Assembly: GCA_973851085.1 (NCBI GenBank) | Contig: OZ316775.1 | Span: 14,260,001-14,324,000, forward strand | Source: Ptychomitrium polyphyllum | Taxonomy: Eukaryota | Reading direction: 5' to 3' | Length of the DNA: 64,000 nucleotides | Shown: in pieces, positions 24,894-38,880 of the stretch | How positions within the stretch are numbered: position 1 is the stretch's first letter | How the letters are laid out: each line of letters begins with the position of its first letter | Made by a program: the position numbers and the translations under genes | The notes under the pieces: generated by a model | What the model was told of the DNA's origin: nothing | Seen by the model: only the letters and a program-made list of their open reading frames with translations | The model's database searches: none

Positions 24894-27753
24894 TCACATG
24901 GCTCGTTCTACCCACCCTGGAACAGTGATGGAGCCCCTCAGCCCTAGTCGCCGTAAAAAGATGGCATAGAGGACGTGCAGAAGAAAAACAAACGACCCGC
25001 AGTTTACCACAAGCTGCATGCAACGTAACCAAGAATAGATTAGACAAAGCTTGTAAAAATGTTCAATCTTTACAAGTGACAAAGCCCTGTTGCATGTAAC
25101 TACTGCATGTTGCCTCAGGAAATCTCAGGCAGGAACACAGATGCTAATGCAAAAGACTAAACCAAACGGTCGGTTATTAAAACTAGAAGACAAAATAACT
25201 CTCATCTTCTTGGATGTTTACTACGTATTATAAGCAGAGGGAAATACTCACCAAGGAGGCAAAGACAACATAAATCATAGGCATTGATGGCACTAGGTTA
25301 ATTCCTAGCGCTGCCAACATGTAAGACAATGATGCATGAGCATTCATGGTTATCTGCGCGGCAACGTAGCAAATAAGCTTCACGGTTAAAACTGAACTTG
25401 TACATGTCCTACATCGGAAACAATAATGATCGGTCCAGTGTATTTAAACGATTTTACAATTTAATCGACCTAGGTGAAACAATCGCACTTCATGCAAAAA
25501 GACAGTTTTAGAATGTTTAGGAGGGTTTCCCCGAAAAGACGTGTAGGTTAGTTGAGAGTGCTTTTAGAGCATCTAATGAACCTAGAATGAAAATCATTTG
25601 TCTTTCGAAGTTCCAAAAAAATATGACTGAAGGCAAGCCAAAGCATGATCTCAGGAACTCACCAGAGCTAAAATATTGTCTCTCAATAGCCATGAAGTCA
25701 AAAGTACAAACCCCAATGCTCCCAGACATCTAACCTGCAAAACCAGAAACAATCGGTAAAGTGTCTCAATCAGCCCTCAGCATTTAATCAAAGCATATTA
25801 TAATCATCCAGTGCATCCCAACAGTAAGAATAATTAGCACATGCGAATACATTCCTGTTACAAGTACTGCAAGTTACAGGGTAATGTTCGGTGAGTGAAG
25901 GTAAAATTCTTTTACCACAGTGCAACCTACTATAGAGAGGCCCCAACTCAGGTTCCATCTGCAAAGCAATAGCCCAAAGGTTTAGTTAACCAGTCATCTG
26001 AAAATGTAAGCGACAATCAACTCCTCTCTCGGCTCTTATGACTAAAGTACCTCAAAGTTTGCATGACTTACTTCCAGAAGGCTCCCATAGCTAGCCCAAC
26101 AAATCCATGCATCAACTGCAATACATTCATCGTCAATTTATAAGTTCGTCACTACATCTCAAAGAACTCAGAAAAAAACAGTGACCGCACTCAAAAACAC
26201 AAAAATCAATCAGAAGCCACGCACACGAGCACATCAAACGGAAGTAATGCTGAAACAGGTTGCGAGTCTTCGAAACGTGACTTTGAGTAGAACAGCCTAT
26301 GTCAAAAAAAACTAGAAGTTTAACCATGTAAACATTCGATCAAGATCGTCGAGCAATGTGAAGACAGCAGACCAGGTAAGAAGCAGCCTTCAGGGGTCCC
26401 GAAAGTATAAGCAGTAGCATAGCAGTTGCCACCTGGAGAAAACCAAAAACAGCAGCAAATTTAGCAAGAACAAGTACGCCAGCCCCAGGGCAGAATTCTC
26501 ACGCAAATGCCACAAGTAACACAAAAGAATTTAACAGACTTTTGTACTGAATTTTCGTGTCGCCTCCCTACACATGCCAGACTTTGGAAGAAGGAAGAAA
26601 TTCTGAAAAAGAGATGCTTAGGCTTTGAGTCATCATACCATAGTCTTTCTGCCTGCAGCAGGCCCCCAACGCATAGAAGAGATAACCACCGGCAAGGGGA
26701 AGAAGCATCCAAAGTAAGCCTGCCATCCGACGTCCCCTCTTAGTTTACTAGGAACACTAGCCACTTCCATTAAGATGCACTTGTAGGGGTGCTTGGACCT
26801 AATTAAGAGGCCAAACACTAATTTGTTTTCAAATGCCTCGTATAAAATAGGGCATGACAACTCAAAGGAAGTGTTGACAGAGAAAATACCTCAAGTCGAA
26901 GAAGGTTACTAAGAAAGTAAGCAAGGCCTGCAAGGGCTGCTAGCATGGCACATTCTACCAATCGCACAGTACTTCGCAGTTCACTTCCATCTCCTGTCAA
27001 TATGGAACCATCCTCAACCCGTCCATCTGGCTTTGGACCGCTCTCGCGATCAGGAACTTTGTCATCTGGCGTTGTACCAGCTGGTGAACCCGAATCTATG
27101 ACCGATTTACAAGAGAAGACCGTCCCCTTTCCTGCAAGGTTTTGCACTATTCCTATACTTTTAAGGAGCCCTAATCCAGGTCTAAGAGTTATCCAAGTTT
27201 TAGGTACTTTCTGGGACAAATAATATTGGAGAATCCCCGACTGTACATCAAAAAATGCCACTCTGTAAGTACACAGATGTAAGAAAATGTTCTACTACTG
27301 TAACTTTCGTGCCAAATTCGCAAGATTCATCATTTGCTAACACATCAGAAATGCATGGAAAGAAGGACCTAATTGATAAAATCGACCTCCTTGACAAATT
27401 AGTGAAGCCACAGGTCAACTAGTCACCTTCGCTACAGACTTGTAGATTCTCGTAATATATGAAAAACCCTAATCCACGATTCTGACAACACGCAGAGGAA
27501 TCAAACAGAGAGAAGCTGGAGATTTTACCTGAATTTGCTTCTGCAAAGTTGCATCTATAAAAGTTGAATCGTGGATACTCCTCCGAAGAGCTCTCACTTC
27601 GGTTAAACTTCTCGACCTGAACGGGCTCCCAACGAGAGTAATTCTTTCTCGACTACACCCTAGCTGACTTAACCTTCGACCTAAACTTCGACAGGGCGGT
27701 TTGCCGAGAGCAATCTCCTCGCCAGGGCGACATGAAACCCTGGCTAAATTCAT
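24894..27753 (-). CDS. DUF2232-like multi-TM membrane protein with a probable plastid transit peptide (At1g26180-like); about 9 exons, start codon tentative
   Basis: Exons encode TVRLVECAMLAALAGLAYFLSNLLRLE / AYFGCFFPLPVVISSMRWGPAAGRKTM / VATAMLLLILSGPLKAASYL / VRCLGALGFVLLTSWLLRDNILAL / LVVNCGSFVFLLHVLYAIFLRRLG; GT-AG boundaries. Confidence 0.8.
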
Positions 27754-30700
27754 GGTGATCCGAAGCAATCAAACCTGCCGCCAACACACTTTTCGCGTGC
27801 CTTAAAATTTCCGCCAATTCTAGTCTCTTCAGCAACGCCTCTTTAGCTCCATATCCTGGCCAACCTGCACCACAAAACAAAATTAACGAATGACTCACAA
27901 GCATGGGATAGCATTTCCTCCAGCACTCATTGTCCTGAGCACATCCGGAAGCATTCATCGAGTGTGTTCGAGTCCTCACTTGTGTTCATGATCTATGCCC
28001 CACTCATACGACACTACCAAAGCAGCTACCTTTGAACAAGACTATCCAACATGAGACGAATATTATCATACCTGATGTTGGTGACCTCCGATGTGCACAC
28101 ACATGAAATCCTGGAGAGCTCGAATTGGTGCGCGCCACAACCCACACGCAGCTGTGGGATTGCACGTCACGAGTGCGCATACAAATGTGCTGAGCCTTCA
28201 CAAGGTTCCAAAGTAGCATGCTTCGAGATACCCGTATAAGTATCACCTGGTTATCACGTCATTATCTCCATGATCTCGTAGATGTATCACCTGAGTATAA
28301 TGCAGGTATCAGTTTAAAAGTGGATAGAAGTTAGCAAACTTCCTTGCGCTGAGCGGCAAGACGAAGAATATTGTGACGCTCACATGCATACCGCATGAGC
28401 TTCAAGTGAACTGTCGTCTGAACTGGCTGAGTGTGTTTGAGTTCAAGGCCCTGTAAGTCTCATCTCCAAAGATGCAACTGCGTCATGTTCTTGAGGTTTT
28501 TGGTCTCAGTGTGGCTCTCCTGTGGACACTGAGTCAGTTTGCGGCATTCGGTGTATATTGTCCGTGCTGACTGTCGAAGTTTCCAGCTTTTACCAGTTGG
28601 TATCATTCGTTTTGTGATGATCATGTTGATGAAGTTGAAGCATACCAGCGTTGTTTTGCTGAGAAGTGAAGAAGGTTTGAGAGTGGTGGTGAGAGTGAGT
28701 CCAAGTTCACTCAAACTCTATCCTCAAGAATGTTTAACATCGTGTACGTTACTAGGATAGCCGGTTAATTTACCGGGATAGCCGGTTACCACATTCTCAT
28801 CAGGATTTGCCAGTGGGTTGTAGCGGTACCTCCTTCAGATTTTTGTATCCTCAGTCAATTATCAAAAAAAAATTGTAAATGTATAGAAAAGGAAGTCAAA
28901 ACAAAAATTACAAGTTCAAAGTTTGGTAGAGGGTCTATATCTTACAAAAGAGGATTTCTATACCTTTTCGTTTAGTGGATATAGGGCTACGGTGTAGTAA
29001 GGAGAGGCGCTTCATTTACAATGACCTCTTTGGTACCATTGTTGTTGTACTTCTTCTTCATGTAAGTTACAGTATGTTTGAATCTAGTAGAATATTAAAA
29101 TATTATATTTAATCATACACAGCCTACTTCAAATTCTCAGAATTGAAAACTGATACGTCCAAAGTGAAGATCATCAAACAGATCATGAGATTTCAAATCT
29201 GGGAAAATGATGTTGCTGTGTAAAACAAAAGAATGTTCGTCAATCTAAGGACCACCCACCTTGACTGCAGGTTTTCATATGCTCCGACATCACGCCACAT
29301 GGCAGAGGAGAGATCACTTCAATTCTGTATTATTATCATCCCAAACTCACAGTTTCACAGTCCAAAAAACCATCTTTCACAAGCAGTGTAAGAGAAGAGA
29401 ATGGCCATCAGCATTAACCTGCACCTCCCACTTGAAGCAGGATTGATTCGTTAGCCAAGTCGGAGTACTTCGGGGTTGCAAGCATCTAGAATCGTGGCCT
29501 TTGACAGAAGAGTAACACAGGAGCAAAGATTGCATCTCAAATGTTTGGTGCTGTTTCGGGATTTAGGGTGAAGTGGCAGTTTGGGTAGTGGGAGGTTGTT
29601 GGAGTGTTTTTTCCGGTGGTTAGGAGCTGGGGCAGAAGGAGGCACGTGTTTGAGAGGTGGGTGTGGTGGAGTTTGGCCATGAGGCATCGTAGATTGTCAC
29701 GGCGGAGTCGGCAGCAGGTGCGAGAGGTGTGGGAGAGCTTAGTGAGCTTGACACGGATGATCTTTGTGAACGGGGTGATGGTGATGATGGCGCCTGTTTT
29801 GGCCCCGATCTCGTTGGCAATCCAGTTGTGGAGTTCACTGCCGAGCTTTCGTCAGGTGAAGAAATCGATCCCGAGGAGTTTCAGCGAAGTGAAGAGGCTT
29901 CCGTATTTAGTTTGGAAATCGGTTCCCAGTTTTGGCCAGCTGGTGGACATGCTTCTACGACTGGTTCAAAATCTGTTGAGGGATTGCATGACACGCCATA
30001 CGGAAGAAATTGGACGGTCGACGCGGCAACCGGCCTTTTGAGGCTCTTTCCAAATTCTAGATGCACTGCTGTGAAGTGGATGCGGGATCGGCCCTGATTT
30101 TGGATCACTGGATTATCACAAACTGGCTGCTTCTTATGATGTTCCTGTGTATCAAAATGCCCGGCTGCAACGGATTTATGTGAAGTGCAAGTTATGGATG
30201 CGCCTATCATGATACATGATACTGGCCGACGTTTTACGGTTCACCAGAATTCCAAATGCTGAGTTTTAGGGTTCATGTGTACTATCTTACAGGTGATTAC
30301 CTGCTGAGGTTCCGAAGGGCTGGTGTTTTTGTTAGTGAATATTAGTTCAACCTAGGTGGTAGACTAGAAGTGTAAAATTATGTGCATGTCCTTTCTAAAT
30401 GCAATGGACAGAATTGGGCAACTACTACTGCATCAGCCATGCAGTATACTACAATTTTTGAAATCTGCGAATGTGGTTGTAAGCGTATAAGAACCCACAT
30501 GCACAGAGCTGTACAACATTGTTGCTTGATACTAGAGTACTGAGAACTTCAAAGATGAAATTAGCGACAACAAAACACATGCTCACCTGGCGTTTCAGCC
30601 CTTTCAGATGCACCGCCACTTCATCCGGGGAACCTCTGTCGACACTCTCATGCCGGAGTAGTCACCAAGGAGCATTGTGCTAACTTAAGCCTTTGGAAAA

Positions 30701-31008
30701 GAACTTAGACCAGGAGAATAAGTGATTGTAAACTCACACCTAGCTTACTCTGTTTATTTTCTAACACCACTCAGTACATGGCTTTTCCAGTGCACCTAAG
30801 AAACTTGGCAAGTTTTCACATGGAAACTGCATACGAACGTGAAGAAACTCGCTTCACAAGAATAAATGTTAGCACCGAACAGCTCATACGGAAATGCATT
30901 TCTTGCAACGTTACCAAAGTACTATGCGCCTGGATTGAGCACAACGCATAGTGTTAATCCAGTGGCAATAATGGGCCTAAAAAATTTAGAAATGCAACTA
31001 CCAGAAGC

Positions 31009-34000
31009 CTACTTCATCCTTAATCGGCATATAGGATTGGACTTAATGAGCCTCAGGTCAACCTGTAAAAATCGCATTGATGTTATTGCTTCAAAAAGAA
31101 CCCTATCATCGGATTTCTCTTGACAGGTACAAAACCACATATTGAAATACTAGATCATTAATCAGGCAATCATTTCGTCAAGAAATGGCTGTCTCCTGCA
31201 AACTGCTGTATTGCGAAAAACAAAAAAGCAAGAGCAAGTTAGAATGCACAAAGCCAACTGAATAGAGTTTAACCTTATGTCCAAAATGATCACGAATGTT
31301 GTCAATCGCGTACATAATCATCGTTGGCCTAAACAGTGCAATAAAAGCACAGAACGAGTTATTGCAGCAACAAACGCTAGAATGTCATATGAGGTAGGAT
31401 ACAAGCCCTTGTTATAACTCAGGTAAAGAAGTATCGACATTAATCTATTAACTAGCCTGCTCTACTAGACATGAGACGATGTAACTCTCTTCAGATAGAA
31501 GTCACAATATAAGGAGAATGCACTAATCAAATTACGTTATCTCCTAAACTCGAAATTCAGTAACAACTGCAAGACTGTCGCAAATACATAGAAGTGAATC
31601 TACACTTGCCTCTGCAAACCCAAACCTCAAGCAATAACAGACACATATTCTGGTAGGCCCAAAGGCTGTAACATTTCTGGTCGAAACATTCCTGAATTGT
31701 CTACTTCCACCCACTTCTTTAGACCCTCGTGACACCTAACACACGAACAGTACAGTATAAGTAAAAATCCAAGTCATAATTCCTAAAAAGGCGAAAAGAA
31801 ACACGATGTGCAGCATATGAAGAAGCTCCTGAATATAAGATTGACGTCTTTTTGCTTCAGAATAGAGATTTCACAACTGAAAATCTCCATATTTGATTCG
31901 GTATATGGATTATACGCTGGCTTGAAGCGCAATTTTTTAATTCCTAGTCACGAAATTGGAATGATGATCACATGAACAACCAGATCTTAACGAATGACGA
32001 TGTAATGAGATGCTACAAATAGGTTGAATCGCACATCTAGAAAGAGGACACAAAAAGAGCAAGAAATACACCGACCTATAACAGCCACAGCATGCCGAGG
32101 TAACATACGAAGGCGAGCAAAGAACTCATTCAATGTACCAATAAGATCTCCAAGCGTAAGGCCTTTATCGCAGACAAGACCTTTAGTATTGTACGAAATA
32201 ACAAGTCAGCGCCAATATTTGATAAATGGAGATACCACAACATATATTAAACTTCAAAAATTACTGGAAAATTAAGCCTACTCATCTGCCTCACGTAAAA
32301 AGAACATGAATGTGCTATGATCTGAAATTAACTAACAGAAATAGTTAATCCAATGATATCTATTGCAGACATAACAGTTTATCAACATGGACTTAGCACT
32401 GTAACTATCCTGGATCGTTAAACAATCTCCAATATCTCCTTCGCAACAAAATTAAGAAGCTACTAGTATCAATTTTGCCACTAAAACAGCAGAACAGTAG
32501 TAGCACCTTCGATTTGGTAGAACTCAGCAAGATACGTGCTATCCATAGCCTCGTTTCGGAACACACGATCAATTGAGAAGTACCTTTTTGCTCTGAATCC
32601 ATCCTGAATATGCCACCATGTTTGAATAGTAACTTGAATATTTCAAACAACATGAAACGAAATGGGATTTATTTATTCAAAGAAAACTCTCTATGACCTC
32701 GTAAGTCTGCTTGGGTGAAGAAAAGCTGTTAGAACTTAAAGATATATTGCAAAGAACGCGACACACCTGTGCAAGCTTATAGAGCATATGGGACGAAACA
32801 GCCGTAGTATGTGTCTCCAACAAGTTCTTTTCAGCTTCATCTTTCTTCCAGTCGTATCCATACCTGGTTGCATGACTTCCAACATTGAATTCTAGTTCAA
32901 CCAGGCATACCATAAAATCAACTTTGTAGTTTCAGCATCGTTACTGATTTGAATAACTTCATGAGATCGCAAGAAACCGGTGAGACGTGAGCAATTCCTT
33001 AATCTCGCCTCTGAGTTTATAACTGGACCCAGCAAGTTTGATACAATTTATTAAAACTTGTTTTTACAGAGGACGAAAGCATACATCCGATACAGAGGAA
33101 AAAGAAGAAACCCCCAACAGGAAAAGTGTAATTGGCATACCCAGTTGATCCATAGCCTCCTCTTTCGTGTGTTTTTTTAACACGTTCCAAATAATCCTCT
33201 GGCAATTTAACTGTCCGAACTAGAGCTGTAGGTCCAGTTACAATCGAACTTAAGAAAATGAAAACACAAATAGTTACAGATCACCGCATCAAGTCGTTAA
33301 AAGAGTTAAATTACTTCGAATTTAAACGCTAACTCACGACAACTCACCTTTCAAGAAAAAAGTGTCATGGAAATCGCGAGCTGGATGTTGCTGAGGCTGG
33401 AAGAGTGCATCGAAGTTCCAGAAGCTACGGTCCCCACAGACAAGTCGATTTGAGCCGAAAAAGATAGTACACTGGACAAAGGAACCTGGAGAATTCAATC
33501 TCACAGAATATTAATAAAAATGAAACAAATAAGCAAATGCAAAATATGCTCGAAAATGAAGAAGTTACTAGTGCATTTGGTACCTGCTTTCTACAAAATT
33601 GTTTGTTGGCATCTCTTCGAACCTGATAAATGAAGGTAAAACAAGATCAGCACATAACGCAGATTTGGATAAAACATTTTTGATAGACCTTAATGCTCCT
33701 CTTATAACGGGACTTATAGAAGCTGTATACCTCCAACCAGGCATGACGATCACCTGGCACCAAATGCTAAAACTTTGTAGATCCACAATATAAATTACAA
33801 CAAACATAGAATATGGTAGACATGAGAAATACTCACCCCATCTCTTAGAAAACATTGCGGAATTTTGTCCTCACCTGTCAGTCAAACCACATATGCCGAC
33901 TACCTTGTAAAGAACTTATCACATTGTTTCATATGAGCCACTCTGAACTGACTGAATGTCACGAACATCTCTGAATTATTGCAAGTGCATTCAAAAGGTG

Positions 34001-35171
34001 ATAAAATCAAAGAGGATGTAATGGCGAGTGGTACCTTCAGCAAGGGGTGAAGATGACCACCTTTATTGGGCTGGCCTAATGTATTGAAGTTGTCAGGTTT
34101 GAACTCTCGTTTCAACGATTCACCACTGCAACATGAACATATCAGCCCTAACGAGAATAATATGAGCTACTTTTTCCTCTGAACAGGACCTAAAACAACA
34201 ACTATGAATCGAAAAAGCGCAACCAAACGTAATCAAGAGGACCAATATCTAGACCTAAGCGTACCTTTGAAGAAGTTCACGGGTGAGGTCTGTCTCTGGT
34301 TTCACTCTCTTAGGAGCATAGTCAAGCCCCTACTTCAACGAAAACCATGTCTCGTTCCTGTTGACACATGAGCATCGGGCTACACATCACATTAAAGGCC
34401 TAGCAACTACTTAAACACAAATACAAATACAAACATGCAATAGCAATCCAAATAAAAGAAAACCTTCAAGAGACACACAAGTACCTGGTCCCTAATACCT
34501 GGCCTCTATGAGCTTCCTCTTATTGGGCTCGTTGGTAATTGCATCGGAAAGCTCCTGAACCCAAAACAATCACTCAAACTGTAAAAAGTAATCAGGGTTT
34601 TGGACAGCATCAAGGTTATAACATCAATGGAAACAAATGAGATTCTTGAATAGCAGTCAGCTGGTTCCGAACTTCATCTTTCACGTCTCTAACCTATGTA
34701 GCATCACCACTAGATAAAGAAAGTATTACAAATGGTCATTCACGTAATTCCAGAACCCAAATTCTCAACAAGAAAGATTTGTCCAATGATACATCAAAGA
34801 GAAAAACAATCGCCGGTGCCTACAACTAAAAGCCACTATCAGACGACACCTTTCTGGATATCAACCCCTCGGTAATCTGAAGCCATTTGTTTTTCATCGC
34901 TGTCTTGAACCCCACATCATAGACCAACGCATCCAAATTAACCTACTAGAGGATTCTGAATCAGTAAAACTCCCAACAATTTCAACTCCCACCACATTGC
35001 AGCTAATTGTCAAACAGCAAAAAAGTGTAACTAGGATCGAGACACACCTTCAAATCCACCGTTGAAATACCCACGGCAGAAATAGCCTCAAAGACCTGCA
35101 CCTCAGGAGAGCTCCGCATCGTGTACATCTTGCCCTCGGTCGTAAGGACCCGCGTCCTCTTCGTCACAATC
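31009..35171 (-). pseudogene. FARSA: Cytosolic phenylalanyl-tRNA synthetase alpha subunit pseudogene (intron-containing duplicate, first exon not found)
   Basis: Exons give [70 protein letters not shown] and PICRL. In-frame stops at 34330-34332, 33845-33847 and 31627-31629; a mutated donor near 31876. Confidence 0.92.
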
Positions 35172-35267
35172 TGCAAACCCGAAAGAAACCACTGCGATCA
35201 GAAAGTGGTGAAGCAATCTAAAAGCAATTTTGTGTCCGCTGATCATTCTGGCTAGTGCCGGCTTTGC

Positions 35268-35452
35268 ATCCGGTGTCGGTATAGGTTTTGGATCCGGTGT
35301 CGGTGTCGGTGTCGGTGTCGGTTTTGGATTCGGTGTCGGTGTCGGTTTTGGATTTGGTGTCGGTTTTGGATCCGGTGTCGGTTTTGGATCCGGTGTCGGT
35401 TTTGGATCCGGTGTCGGTGCCGGTGCCGGTGCCGGTGTCGGTGGCGGTTTTG
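35268..35452. repeat. GC-rich 6/18-bp tandem repeat (ggtgtc / ggttttggatccggtgtc)
   Basis: Near-perfect hexamer-based units visible directly in the sequence. Confidence 0.92.
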
Positions 35453-36560
35453 TGTCTGTTGACCACTCTGTTTAGTGTTGATTTTGTGCCTAGTAATGGT
35501 TTTCTGCCCAGCGCTGGTGTCGTCTCTAGTGCAGGTTTCGTGTCTGGTCCAATTTTGTCTTCACTGCAAGTTTTGTGTGTGAAGTGGCTTTATGTGTGAT
35601 TGGGGCAAGCTTTATTTGGCGTGGGTTTTGTACCTACGTCAAATTTGTCTCAAGCATCTTCGGTTGGCTTAGCTCAATTTTATATTGAAATTTTTTTTGT
35701 CTTTTATGCCAATATGTAATTATTTGTAGTGGTAATTTTATATCTAAAATTGATTTTATCTTTGGTAACAATTATGTTCTCATTGCATATTTTGCTTTTG
35801 ATGCTTAATTTATATTAAAGGCCAATTTTAATATTAACACCAATTTTATCTCTAGTGTCAATTTTGTCTTTAATATATTCATATTTGTTATATTAAGACA
35901 TTACACATATTTTGAGACTCCCATTTCAAAGAATCTAAAATATTATAAATTGTAATTTTAAAATGTTTCAATTTAATAAACATGTTGTATAATACCACTT
36001 TTTCTTTTTACTTTAATTTTGTTTCTACATCCAATTTTGTGTATTGTGCTAGTTTTGTTACTATTGCTATTTTTATTTTTAATGCCCAATTTTTTCCTAG
36101 TACAAATTTTGTAATTAATGCTCATCTTATTTTAATGCTTGTTTTGTTTATAATACCTATTTTGTCTCTAATATTCATTATATTTTTAAATACAAATTTG
36201 TCTTTAGTGCAAATTGTATACTTAATACTAATTTTGCTCTTGGTTTTTATTTATATTTAGCACAAGTTTTGGCTTTAATGCCAATTTTGTCTTTGATAGC
36301 AATCTTATCTCAATTATAAGATTTATAATTCCAATTTTGTGTCTAGTACCATATTTATTTTTTGTACCACTTTAATTTTTTTTTGGTATTAAATTGTCTC
36401 TATTACCAATTTTGCTTCTAATTTTTTATTTTATTTATAATGCCAATTTTGTTTATGGTGCCAATTTTGCTATTAATTGTTGATTTTGCATCCGTCAATA
36501 TATTTGTGTTCAGTGCTAATTTTGTATCAACTAACAATTTTATCTTTAGAGCTAATATTT
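35453..36560. repeat. Degenerate AT-drifted continuation of the 18-bp repeat (consensus about gccaattttgtctttagt)
   Basis: Recurring 'ccaattttg/a' cores with roughly 18-bp spacing (e.g. around 35548, 35821, 35841, 36031, 36280, 36331, 36405, 36443, 36461). Confidence 0.65.
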
Positions 36561-37553
36561 ATTATATTATGGATCTTGTGCTTAGCTCTTATTTAAAAAT
36601 CATTTAACTATAGACCGTTTAAGCTTTAAATTAGGAATTTATTAAGAAAAATTATTCATTTTTTTTTTTTAAAGAATCTCTTTCTGAATTTTTTGAATTT
36701 TTATAATTATTCTAATGAATACTCTAATTAAATGAAATTCATCATAATAATATAAAATGAAATTGAAATAATTTTTCATATTTCTTTTTTATAAAAATCA
36801 TAATAATTGGATTAATAAAACATATAATATGCTGAAGTTCATTTGTACATTTGAGTCATGTGTAATTTTGTTTGATAGAAATACATGTTTTTTAATGTGT
36901 GTTGAAATTCCAAATTATATATTGCAAAATGGCATGTTTATTTGTAATTTTAAAAAGAATTGAGAATTCATAGTGAATTAATAACTAATTTTTAAAGGTC
37001 ACAATTTTTTTTAAGCATTCTAAAATTCTAAAGAATTTCAAATGATAAGTCCACAATCAAAAATGAGCTTTGTTCTCTCTTATTATTTTGAAGGAAATCA
37101 AAAGTTAAAAGTATTAATCTTAAAGGTAGTATTTTAATTTAGAATTTCAATAATACATCTTCTATATGATAATAAATTTTTGATGATTTGAAAACAAATT
37201 GTCTTATAAAATAAAGTAAAATAATTTTATAGCCTATTAACAATTAAATGCATTGTATGAATAATAAGCTTTGAATAAAATTATTGAAAAGTATACAAAA
37301 TGTAATATCCTTATAATAGTGATCTTTAAAATTCTCATGTTGTTCAAAGTTATGAATTTATAATTTTGTATGGTCATTTTGGAATTTAATGCGATTTTTA
37401 TATTCAACTCCAAATTTGTTATCAAATATATACTTTATTAAAAATATTAAAAAATATATATATATTTAAAAACATACGTATTTAAATATATATCTATATA
37501 TTTATGTATTTATTTTTATATATTCATATATATTCATGAACATATATATATAA

Positions 37554-37618
<65 letters not shown>

Positions 37619-38880
37619 GATTTTGTAACTACATGATTAGGGTTTAATTAGAAAATATATGTACTTTTGTTTTACAAAGAGCTTTAGGCTTGCAAGGCAA
37701 GATGAATAAAAGATGCTATGTGGCTACTACATGAAAAACAACCTCAATTTGATTGTCAAGAATTTCTTTAAATAAAGTGGATTTTCCATAATTATCTTTG
37801 TTGTTTTATTAAAGAACCTTGTAAAATCTAAAATTTAAAAAATATTTTATAAAATTCCACCTAACATCTAATAGTTTTATAAATTTTCCCCTCTTATAGT
37901 TGTAGGTGTTTTTATAAATTAATATTAAAAATCTTATTATCTTGAATTCAACAGTTTTTAAAAAAATTCATAATAAATTTTGAAAATTGAGTTTGAATAG
38001 ACTAAATCCTTTTAAAATAAAATCTTCATAGAAATTATTTTATTATAGGTATGATTTGCATATATACCAAATTGCTTAAAACTATGGTTATGGAGATTTA
38101 ACTTATGGTTAAATGAATTGGTTGTATTCCTAAATTCATTGAAGACAAAGATCATACAATGTGGATTCATTTCAAACAAGGCAATGTTACTATAAACAAA
38201 TATATATTATCTTGCCATTGTTTACAAATTATCTTATATGGAAAGCATGGATTTATTTAAACTAGCCAAATTTTTTATTGATCTTAGCAAAACTTTTATT
38301 CATCTGATAATCCATTACACACTAGATTTAAACAAAAAACTTAGATAAATGGATGTATTTTGTAGTGTAATTAAGACCATGACCCTCTTGGCTTTACAAA
38401 TGGAATAAAACCTTTAATATTTTAAATCTTGCATAGAGAACTTATAATAAAACGTAAACCTATTAAAATTCTTTTAAAAATTGAAAATAAAGAAAAAAAA
38501 ATTCATTTCAAACATAAAAATCGAAGTTGACTAAAAATTGTCCAAAATAGCAATCTCTTGGTCTTTTAAAATTTGCCTTACACCTTCTTCCATGTGTACA
38601 AGAAAAAAAATTCTATTATATTTAAAAACTTTCAACTAATATGATTCATTGAAATTTTCAATTTACTCTTGTAAGACTTTACACCTCATTTTATTGTTCA
38701 TAAGAGAATAAATTAAAAAATAGATGAAAAAATGAGATTGACTGCCATGTAGACAACAAATATTACAAAAGAACCTCTTTTGATTGACCATTTTAATAAT
38801 ACTTTAAAAATTAAAATCCAAAATTGATTTACAATAGAAGACTTCCATCTTCATTATTTCAATATTTTCGCCCATAGACC
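36560..38880. other. Very AT-rich decayed block, probable transposon relic
   Basis: CpG-depleted, no coding signal, contains a long (TA)n. Confidence 0.4.
37560..37613. repeat. (TA)n microsatellite, about 26 units
   Basis: Perfect TA run. Confidence 0.95.

Noticed and set aside
35218..35599. ORFs with GVGFGS, DPVSV and TDTGSK repeats
   Set aside because: By-products of a stop-free hexamer repeat that is open in most frames; no independent gene evidence
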